A model generated the notes under the pieces. The model saw nothing but the letters and a program-made list of their open reading frames with translations, ran no database searches and was not told the DNA's origin. Below, piece by piece: positions 19,433-26,563 of a stretch of DNA of 64,000 nt. This stretch comes from a virus (taxonomy: Duplodnaviria > Caudoviricetes): positions 32,001 to 96,000 of IMG/VR virus record IMGVR_UViG_3300028887_000080; one strand, written 5' to 3'. Positions within the stretch are counted from its first letter, which is position 1, and every line of letters starts with the position of its first letter. The position numbers and the translations under genes are program-made.

Positions 19433-19546
19433 CCGCGGAGATTGGAGTCGAACCAATGTCAGGAGTTCCCAATAGCGAAAATTGCTGATAGGTTCTTTGA
19501 ACAAGAATCATTTGCTACTCCCGTTCTGCCGTTAAACTACTCCGCG
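19433..19546 (-). tRNA. tRNA-like gene with ~43-nt anticodon-loop insertion (Pro TGG if excised)
   Basis: cgcggag/ctccgcg acceptor, normal D and T arms, ggagt/actcc stem enclosing a 50-nt loop that ends TTGGGA. Confidence 0.7.
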
Positions 19547-19551
19547 ATGTT

Positions 19552-19885
19552 CCGACATAATGTGGTGTGAACCGCTGAAACCACAATCGCACTTTCGCTG
19601 TCGGGGCGAACTCCGCTTTGTTTCTCCGGAGCGGAAAACCATCACTGCATTCGTTTTGATTAACAATATACAGCATCACGGTATCGCACCGTGCTCTCTC
19701 CGCAGGGTCGCGGGCGTGTCACTTGACACCTATGTTGCAGTGATTGTATGTCCTCCCGCCCGTGCCTTTGCACATTATCTGCGGATTTGTATGGACACGT
19801 TTCAAGGTTGTGCTGAAACCCGACGCCATTCTAAATGTTATTTTAAGGAAGCGTTTAACTCTCCTAAAACTATGTGCGGCATAGT
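19552..19885 (-). ncRNA. Putative ~330-nt pseudoknotted RNA
   Basis: Helix 19641-49/19736-44 crosses helices 19699-705/19779-85 and 19710-16/19757-63. Confidence 0.55.
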
Positions 19886-19890
19886 CTTTG

Positions 19891-19961
19891 TTGAACTTGG
19901 AGGACTCGAACCTCCACCAACAGAACCAAAATCTGTTGTGCTGCCATTACACCAAAGTTCA
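19891..19961 (-). tRNA. tRNA-Gln(TTG)
   Basis: acaga-TT TTG GT-tctgt. Confidence 0.93.
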
Positions 19962-19966
19962 ATATG

Positions 19967-20038
19967 TGGGTCGGGCGGGACTCGAACCCGCAGTCCCCTG
20001 ATTAAGAGTCAGGTGCAGTGCCATTTTGCTACCGACCC
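19967..20038 (-). tRNA. tRNA-Lys(CTT)
   Basis: cctga-CT CTT AA-tcagg. Confidence 0.93.
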
Positions 20039-20042
20039 GATG

Positions 20043-20198
20043 TGGGCAGGGAAGGATTTGAACCTCCGAACCCGAATGGGAGCGGATTGGCAATGTGGGA
20101 AATTACGAATTTCCGAAACTTCATTATTCACATTGCGGTTTAACGTGTAACCTTCACGTAGTACAGTCCGCCGCGTTTAACCACTTCGCTACCTGCCC
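20043..20198 (-). tRNA. tRNA-Tyr(GTA) interrupted by a 73-nt intron-like insertion (20089-20161)
   Basis: gcgga-CT GTA [73 nt] AA-tccgc; otherwise canonical Tyr body with variable arm. Confidence 0.85.
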
Positions 20199-20210
20199 TT
20201 ATAGAATTTG

Positions 20211-20281
20211 TGGACATTACGGGAATCGAACCCGCTTTCACGCCTCCCGTTGCAGTGGGACACGCTACTGCCGTTATGCCC
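20211..20281 (-). tRNA. Atypical tRNA-Cys(GCA)-like with shortened D arm
   Basis: tccc-a CT GCA A c-ggga; intact T arm; imperfect acceptor. Confidence 0.6.
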
Positions 20282-20292
20282 TTGTTGTTATG

Positions 20293-20364
20293 TGTCACGG
20301 ATGAGACTCGAACTCACAATCCCCTGATTAAAAGTCAGGTGCATCGCCATTATGCTACCGTGGC
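20293..20364 (-). tRNA. tRNA-Lys(TTT)
   Basis: cctga-CT TTT AA-tcagg. Confidence 0.92.
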
Positions 20365-21189
20365 ATTTTTTATTTTTTGTATTATATTTTTAATGAATCG
20401 TTCTTTACATTCTTTTGGCATTTTTTTATACCGAGACCATCTTATTCTAAATAAACACGTCCATCCATTTTTTTGTAATACTTCAGTTCGTTTTTTGTCG
20501 TGTTTAACAATACGCTTGTCCAAATAATGTTGTTCCCCATCAACTTCAAAATATGTTTTTGTTATTGGAAATGCAAAATCCAAAAAATACCCAAATTGAT
20601 AATAATTTTGTTCATATTCAATATGTTCATCATTCAAAATTTGCTTAAAATACTTTTCACAATAACTATCACCGTGTGAATGATGATTTAATACATAAGG
20701 AACTTTATTCGGGTGCTTTTTCAAATACTTTTTTCTAATATCAGAAAGGTGCTGTTTTTCTTGTTCAGTATGCTTTATTCCTTTTTGTGGACTTTTTAAT
20801 TCACCGTTTTCATAACGGAGTTTAAGTGAAATTGCTGCTTGTTTAACACGCTCATCTGTCTCTTTTGTTAAACCTTTGTTCCACGGACGCTTACCCATCA
20901 TACCATTACGATATACTCTATTTTTGTTTTGTGGACACTTACATTCGTGTGCTTTAAGTGATTTTACACTATAACATTGTTTTCCACAGTATTTACAAAC
21001 AAGACTTTCATCTTTGTCGTAATGATAATTTTCATTACTATGTTTTTTTGAATATACCGCATAACCACAAACGTGATTTTCCAAAGGTTTTCTATTTGGA
21101 TTCAACTTACAAGTTCTTTCGTGAATACCCAATGCACAAGAACGTTTTAACATTTTGTTACAATACCTACAAATATACATCATTTCCAA
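20350..21189 (-). CDS. Free-standing putative homing endonuclease (C2H2-like Zn fingers + NUMOD-like segment + DUF559/Vsr-like nuclease)
   Basis: CRYC..HERTC, CKYCGK..HECKC, PWNKGLTKETD, KHTEQEK, YFLDFA..YFEVDGEQHY..D..R...L...GW..FRIRW; much lower GC than neighbours. Confidence 0.75.
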   Translation of the reverse strand: MEMMYICRYCNKMLKRSCALGIHERTCKLNPNRKPLENHVCGYAVYSKKHSNENYHYDKDESLVCKYCGKQCYSVKSLKAHECKCPQNKNRVYRNGMMGKRPWNKGLTKETDERVKQAAISLKLRYENGELKSPQKGIKHTEQEKQHLSDIRKKYLKKHPNKVPYVLNHHSHGDSYCEKYFKQILNDEHIEYEQNYYQFGYFLDFAFPITKTYFEVDGEQHYLDKRIVKHDKKRTEVLQKNGWTCLFRIRWSRYKKMPKECKERFIKNIIQKIKNATVA

Positions 21190-21236
21190 TATATTATTAT
21201 ATTTATAAGTACGCTAACATTGAGTTATCATCATTG

Positions 21237-21309
21237 TAGCGGGAGCAGGACTCGAACCTGCGATTACGAGATTATGAGACTCGTGAGATGACCACTTCTC
21301 CATCCCGCT
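21237..21309 (-). tRNA. tRNA-Met(CAT), initiator-like body
   Basis: agcgggatggagaagtgg 5' end; CT CAT AA loop. Confidence 0.85.
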
Positions 21310-21315
21310 ATGTTT

Positions 21316-21386
21316 ACAAGGTGGCATAACCATTAACCTTAAATTAAATAAATACTATGGAAACTGTTTTGCTGAAAACCACCTTT
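21316..21386 (-). ncRNA. Sixth copy of the CAGCAA hairpin RNA family
   Basis: acaaggtgg...ttttgctgaaaaccaccttt. Confidence 0.65.
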
Positions 21387-21390
21387 CTTG

Positions 21391-21464
21391 CTGGGATGGA
21401 GGGACTTGAACCCCCGACTTACGGATTAACAGTCCGCCGTTCTGACCAACTGAACTACATCCCA
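21391..21464 (-). tRNA. tRNA-Asn(GTT)
   Basis: gcgga-CT GTT AA-tccgt. Confidence 0.93.
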
Positions 21465-21470
21465 TTGTTG

Positions 21471-21545
21471 TGGGCAAGGCAGGACTTGAACCTGCGACCC
21501 CCGCCTTATCAGAGCGGTGTTCTGACCAAACTGAACTACTTGCCC
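21471..21545 (-). tRNA. tRNA-Ile(GAT)
   Basis: ccgct-CT GAT AA-ggcgg. Confidence 0.93.
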
Positions 21546-21623
21546 GTGAAAATTGAGTTGGTTTATGGTCTAACTCAAGACTAACGACCGCTCTTATTAT
21601 GAAAAACAATAATATGGTTTTTG

Positions 21624-21707
21624 TGGTCGGGGCGGGAATTGAACCCGCACGTCCTTTCGGACAAAGGTTTTTGAGACCTTCGCGTCTACCAATTCCGCCA
21701 CCCGACC
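21624..21707 (-). tRNA. tRNA-Leu(CAA)
   Basis: aaggt-CT CAA AA-acctt. Confidence 0.93.
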
Positions 21708-21750
21708 GCAGGCGTCAATGCGGCAAAGAGAGCGTAAAAAGGATTTATAG

Positions 21751-21831
21751 TGCGTCAGAAAGGACTCGAACCTTCACGCCTCTCGGCATCGGTTCCTAAA
21801 ACCGACGTGTCTGCCATTCCACCACAGACGC
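21751..21831 (-). tRNA. tRNA-Leu(TAG)
   Basis: tcggt-TT TAG GA-accga. Confidence 0.92.
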
Positions 21832-21836
21832 ATTTT

Positions 21837-21891
21837 ACAAGATACTTAAAATTTCCTATAATTTTTTTAATAGATTGCTGAATGTATCTTT
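21837..21891 (-). ncRNA. Seventh copy of the CAGCAA hairpin RNA family
   Basis: acaagatac...ttgctgaatgtatcttt. Confidence 0.65.
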
Positions 21892-21899
21892 ATTTCTCG

Positions 21900-21977
21900 C
21901 GTACCGTACGGGACTCGAACCCGCATTTACCTCCGTCACGATGACAGCGTGCTTACCGCTATTACACCAAACGATAC
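21900..21977 (-). tRNA. Atypical tRNA with ambiguous anticodon arm (Asp GTC or Arg TCG)
   Basis: gtatcgt/acggtac acceptor, G73, intact T arm; cacgCTGTCATcgtg versus ctgtCATCGTGacgg folds. Confidence 0.6.
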
Positions 21978-22053
21978 TGACGGGAGATTGAACGCTAAAG
22001 AATGCGGTATCGCGATTACCGCGAAGCGTCTTGTACAACCTTTGTCCCGTTTG

Positions 22054-22125
22054 CGGTCACACTGGGAATCGAACCCAAATCTCGTGATAGACAGTCACGC
22101 ATCTTAACCTTTAGACGATGCGACC
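22054..22125 (-). tRNA. tRNA-Asp(GTC)
   Basis: cgtga-CT GTC TA-tcacg. Confidence 0.92.
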
Positions 22126-22135
22126 GTTTGTCGGT

Positions 22136-22538
22136 TTATGTCCGCGCCTCTCCACGACGCTTCCAATCTTTTGCATAATTTCAGCGATTTATACACGCAG
22201 TTCCGACTACTTTGCGTGTGCCCCGTAAAAATGTGGAACATACATCTACGGACATAACTCCCCGCAGCGGAGCAGGCGTTTTTTCACGCAACGCCCCTTG
22301 CGTACCATTACGGCGGTATTGGAGACGCCGCAAGGAATTTGACCGTTTTTATGGAGACCGCCACCTGACAGGCGGTTTGTCCAATTTCTTTTTAGAATGC
22401 GGATTTCCGATAACCTTGCATTCCATTTTAAGCGTTTTTAACTTGTCAGGATTTTTGGCGCGTGTTACGCCGTTTTTGGCGCGTGTTACGCCCACGCCTT
22501 ACGACCGCGACGCGAACTTATAAGAACGCACCGGGGGA
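22136..22538 (-). ncRNA. Two adjacent putative structured RNAs (~22136-22257 and ~22259-22538)
   Basis: ttatgtccg/cggacataa and tccccg/cggggga closing stems; internal cctgaca/tgtcagg; 20-nt tandem duplication at 22452-22492. Confidence 0.45.
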
Positions 22539-22542
22539 TTTG

Positions 22543-22615
22543 AGCCGCAGGGGAGACTTGAACTCCCAACTTTCGGTTTACAAAACCGATACTCTACCAG
22601 TTGAGTTACAGCGGC
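22543..22615 (-). tRNA. tRNA-Thr(TGT)
   Basis: tcggt-TT TGT AA-accga. Confidence 0.93.
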
Positions 22616-22726
22616 ATTTGAAGGGGTGGATGCTCACTGATGGTGGGACGCCGCTGAATTTTGTGCGTATATGCCCGACCTGTTCGTTTTACATACACCC
22701 CTTTTAGGTGTTTGCTTTCTGCCAAT

Positions 22727-22782
22727 ATGTCAAAGAACTTTCGTTCGTCGGCGGCGTTAAGACCGCCTGCATTTGAATATAA
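22727..22782 (-). promoter_or_regulatory. tRNA-operon leader: TTATATTCAA promoter motif, hairpin and boxA-like antiterminator AGTTCTTTGACAT
   Basis: + strand atgtcaaagaact (22727-39), ggcgg..ccgcc hairpin, ttgaatataa (22773-82). Confidence 0.65.
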
Positions 22783-23158
22783 TAAAAAAAATCAACTTTT
22801 TTACAGATATTGAAAAAAATCTCAAAAAAAAATCGGAGGTTGCTTTCACATACCTCCGATTCTATTTGGTTTCAGTGGGGTATGGTCATTCTTCCTTTGA
22901 GTATTCATTATCTTGTTTCTGTCCGAAACTTGCACCATTGCCGTCAAAAATGCCGCAATACGCCTGTTTCGGGGATATGTGCTTCCCTGTTTTTGGCGTG
23001 CGGTTGTCGGTTGCGATGTTTGTTTTGGAAAGAATCATTGAGTTCTTTTTATTATTTTTTCGGAATATATTTATACAAGTGTTTTTGCACTGTTTCCAAT
23101 GGGTGTGAAAATGGTGCAAAACCTCTGAAAATGAATATATCGCAGATATATCTGACAT

Positions 23159-23190
23159 AAAAAAAGCGTGTGGGTGCACACACGCTTTTT
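23159..23190. terminator. Terminator at the end of the vWA operon
   Basis: aaaaagcgtgtg-ggtg-cacacacgcttttt. Confidence 0.75.
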
Positions 23191-23211
23191 GTCTTGTTTT
23201 GGAAGTTTTTG

Positions 23212-25542
23212 TTACTTTTCAGTGTCGTTGAGTTCTATGTAGCATTTTTTCAGTTGGTCGTAATCCGGTTCAATGCACCAAGACAGGTATCCAAGTAGTT
23301 GTTCTTTGATGTCGTGCTCGTATATGACAAACATAATTTTGTTTTTCATAGGCAGTAGTTTCTTCAAAGGAGTGACGTCCCAAAAGCCGCCGTCAGTCAA
23401 AAACAACCATACTGAATTTCTGTCGCTCTGTCTTGTTTTCAAGATATAGTCAACACAGTCTTTCACTTCGGTTCCACCACCTGCGTCGTTGTTCGTTGCC
23501 ATTTCGATGACAAGTTTCATTGCTGCCTCCTTGTTTTTCTTCACCTCATCGGCAACCATATATATACCTGATTTGAGGTCTATTGTGTCTGCGAACGGGA
23601 TGAGTGTGATTCCGCTGTATTGGAGTTTTGTACAGCAATTCACCAAAGTGTCGGCAAAGAGTTCAACAACGTCAAGGTTGACAGACCCTGATGTATCCAC
23701 AAACACGTTGATGTTTTGTGGGGCGGCGTCTCCCTTCGGGTGATATGGGCGCATAAGGTCGTGTGCAAGCACTCGCTTGTCACCCCATCTTGTACGGGTG
23801 TTGTCTTTGAGTTTGTGTTTTCTGTTGGCATAGATTGTGTTTGCTTCAAGGAATATCTTTACGATTTCATCCCACATTTTATGGATAGTGGTATCGTTCA
23901 TCTTTATCCTTCTGCAAATTTTCCCGATTGCTGATTTGGGTTTTTGTCTGATGATGTTGTTTCGCAATTCTTTCACCTCTTCCCTTGAAATGACGTTCTT
24001 TGAAGCGACTTCGGTGAGTGTTTCTTCAATTTCCCTGTCGCTGAAACCGCTGTTTTTCAAAGCGCCTTTCAGTTTCTCCTTAACTTCGGACTGCTTTACG
24101 ATTTTTCCGACTGCTGTCGGTTTGAATTTATAATCACCCCTTATTTGCGGACGAAGTTCCTTGCGCTTTTGGTTTTTGTTTTTTCTTGCGGCAGACCTGT
24201 TTATTTTTCCGCCGCCGCCTGCACCAAGTCCTTTTTCACCGTAATTCTTTGAATTTCCACCGCTTCCGCCGTTTGTGCGTTTGCCGTCACGATTGCCTTC
24301 TTTGTTTTGTTGACTGCCTTGACTTCCCTGTTGGTCGCTTTGCTGACTGCCTTGCTGACCGCCTTGTTGGTTGTCTTGCTGACCGCCTTGCTGACTGCCT
24401 TGCTGACTGCCTTGTTGGTTGTTTGAAAAATCACCCATAGCGTTGTCGGCGGAATTTACGGCGTCGTCTGCCGATTGTTGTGCATTTTCATTTTCATCGC
24501 GTGCTTTCTGTGCTTCCCGTCTTGCCTTGTTTACATCGCCGTTTTCAGACGCTTCAAATGCCTTGTCCGCGGCTTCTTGTGCGGCGTTTGCTGCATCCTG
24601 CGCCTTGTCAGCGAGTTCCTGTGTTTTATCGGCGAGTTCCTGTGCCTTGTCCGCTTTGTTTTTTGCATCTTTGTATTTGGGGGAATCTTCGCCGAAACGG
24701 GATTTCGCCTTTCTTGCATTGTCTCTTGCGTCATCGGCAAGTTCCTGTGCGTCGTTTGCCGCGTCCTGTGCGTCGTTTGCCGCGTCCTGTGCTGCGTTGG
24801 CTGCGTTCTGTGCTGCACTTGCGGCATCCTGTGCATTCATTTTTGAAACATCCCTGTTGTCGGAGTCGCTTCCGTATTTTTCAAGGGATTCCTTTGCCGC
24901 GTCCTGTGACATCCAAGATTCCATAGCGGCGTCCTGTGCTGCGTTTTTCGCATCCTGTGCTGCATTCTGCGCGTTCTTCGCTTCTTTTCTTGCAGTTTCG
25001 TCGTCACCGTTTTGTGCGGCGGATTTTGATTTGTTTGCTGCATTCTGCGCAGCGTTTGCTGCGTCCTGTGCTTCTTGTGCTGCTTTTTTTGCATCTTTTG
25101 CCGATTCGTTTGCTTCATCGGCAAGTGCCTTTGCGTCTTTATACTCATCGGAGCTTTCGCCAAATTCAGACTTGATTTCCTCTGCTGTGTTCTGTGCGTT
25201 CTCGGCTGCGTTCTTTGCGGACTGTGCTGCGTTGGATGCCTTGTCAGCATCTTTCTGCGCCCTGTCCGCTGCATTCTGTGCCTCGTTTGCTGCGTCGTCC
25301 GCGTTCATTTCCGAAACATCGGCGTCGTTGACGTCGTTGCTTTCACCCTGACCATTTTGTGGAACGATTGGTTTTTCCTTGTCTGTTTCTGGTTTTGGTT
25401 CGTTGTTTTGGTCTTCGTTGGAACCTCCGCCAAGCAATGCGTTTTGAAGTTCACTCACGGCATCGTCAAACCCCTGTTCGAGACCACTTTCGTATGTCGA
25501 GTATTCTTTTGGTGCAACTGAATTTTCATTTATTATTTTCAT
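23212..25542 (-). CDS. vWA (MIDAS) domain protein with long Ala/Gln-rich coiled coil and QQGS low-complexity linker
   Basis: VFVDTSGSV, GGGT, FLTDGG; ~300-aa A/Q/D/N heptad repeats. Confidence 0.85.
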   Translation of the reverse strand: MKIINENSVAPKEYSTYESGLEQGFDDAVSELQNALLGGGSNEDQNNEPKPETDKEKPIVPQNGQGESNDVNDADVSEMNADDAANEAQNAADRAQKDADKASNAAQSAKNAAENAQNTAEEIKSEFGESSDEYKDAKALADEANESAKDAKKAAQEAQDAANAAQNAANKSKSAAQNGDDETARKEAKNAQNAAQDAKNAAQDAAMESWMSQDAAKESLEKYGSDSDNRDVSKMNAQDAASAAQNAANAAQDAANDAQDAANDAQELADDARDNARKAKSRFGEDSPKYKDAKNKADKAQELADKTQELADKAQDAANAAQEAADKAFEASENGDVNKARREAQKARDENENAQQSADDAVNSADNAMGDFSNNQQGSQQGSQQGGQQDNQQGGQQGSQQSDQQGSQGSQQNKEGNRDGKRTNGGSGGNSKNYGEKGLGAGGGGKINRSAARKNKNQKRKELRPQIRGDYKFKPTAVGKIVKQSEVKEKLKGALKNSGFSDREIEETLTEVASKNVISREEVKELRNNIIRQKPKSAIGKICRRIKMNDTTIHKMWDEIVKIFLEANTIYANRKHKLKDNTRTRWGDKRVLAHDLMRPYHPKGDAAPQNINVFVDTSGSVNLDVVELFADTLVNCCTKLQYSGITLIPFADTIDLKSGIYMVADEVKKNKEAAMKLVIEMATNNDAGGGTEVKDCVDYILKTRQSDRNSVWLFLTDGGFWDVTPLKKLLPMKNKIMFVIYEHDIKEQLLGYLSWCIEPDYDQLKKCYIELNDTEK

Positions 25543-25619
25543 AATTGTCTCCTTTTATTGAATCTAATGGAAACGTGGATGTTTCCGTTGTTTTCTCTGT
25601 GTGTTTGCTAATGGCAGGG

Positions 25620-26507
25620 TTATTCTTCGCTGACAATCCCCTTGATTTCGTCGATTGACTTCATTATGTCGCCGTTGTTGTTTGCGGTTATGTTGTCGAT
25701 TTCTGTCAAGGTTCCTGAAACGTTGCGGTTGTTTTTTCTGTACAGTTTGCGTATGAGTTCCCTTGCTTCTTTGTGACCTTTTTTCCAATCACTCGTTGTA
25801 GGTATTTTCCCCTGTTGCTTCCGTTGCTGATTTTGTTTCTGATTTTGTTGTTGCTGCGACCTTGGTGAAATTGATTTTTCCTTTTTGAATTGGTCTACAA
25901 TGTTTCTGTAGTATTCAATTATGGTTTCAAACGGGCGACCGATGACATTTTCATCATAGCAACCTTTTTGCTTTATCCAAAAATCCTTTGTACACACTTT
26001 GTCCGTGACCATCATAGTGTTTATTTCCAAATCACCTGCAATGTTCATATCTTCCCACGTCGCTTTCTGCATACTGTGCTCATTCCACATTTTCATTCTA
26101 TGAATGTGTTCGAGCATAGCGTGCATTGCCTCGTGGTACAATATGTTGAAAACATTCATCATATTCATACCCAATCCATAAGGTGACGGAAGGTACAGGA
26201 AACTTATGTTGATGTAATACACCATATTTGCGTCCACCATCATAGTCGGGCAAAATTCAAGGTCGCTGACGTATATGATTGTGGCGTTTCTGAAGAACGT
26301 GTATTCGTCAGGATATTTGTTTTTGAAATATGCGAGGGCGCCGTTCACCAAGTCCACGAAATCGTGTCCTTCCACGAGTTTGCCGTCAAGCATCTGTATT
26401 TTTCCGAGTCTTATCAACGCCTTTGCATTCCCGCCTTCGATGTTGTTGTAACTTTCCAATATCGCGGAATACTGCGTTGTGTTGAATATGTAATTTTTCA
26501 TAATCAT
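25620..26507 (-). CDS. Putative zinc metallopeptidase (DUF2201-like N-terminal domain)
   Basis: PTMMVD..YYIN..F, ILYHEAMH..LEH..R, NIAGDLEIN. Confidence 0.8.
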   Translation of the reverse strand: MIMKNYIFNTTQYSAILESYNNIEGGNAKALIRLGKIQMLDGKLVEGHDFVDLVNGALAYFKNKYPDEYTFFRNATIIYVSDLEFCPTMMVDANMVYYINISFLYLPSPYGLGMNMMNVFNILYHEAMHAMLEHIHRMKMWNEHSMQKATWEDMNIAGDLEINTMMVTDKVCTKDFWIKQKGCYDENVIGRPFETIIEYYRNIVDQFKKEKSISPRSQQQQNQKQNQQRKQQGKIPTTSDWKKGHKEARELIRKLYRKNNRNVSGTLTEIDNITANNNGDIMKSIDEIKGIVSEE

Positions 26508-26563
26508 TCCTTTTATTTGACAGGAAACGGGGTTCTTGAAGGAACCCCGTTCATTCCGTTCCG

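Noticed and set aside
15103-22707. Numerous 60-196 aa ORFs across the tRNA region
   Set aside because: They overlap tRNA genes or structured spacers, mostly lack ATG starts or leaders, and have no protein-like motifs.
24419-25351. Long antisense ORFs (also 4841..5704, 11074..12000, 48412..49296, 62199..63137)
   Set aside because: They are shadow frames opposite well-supported genes with biased codon usage or repeats.
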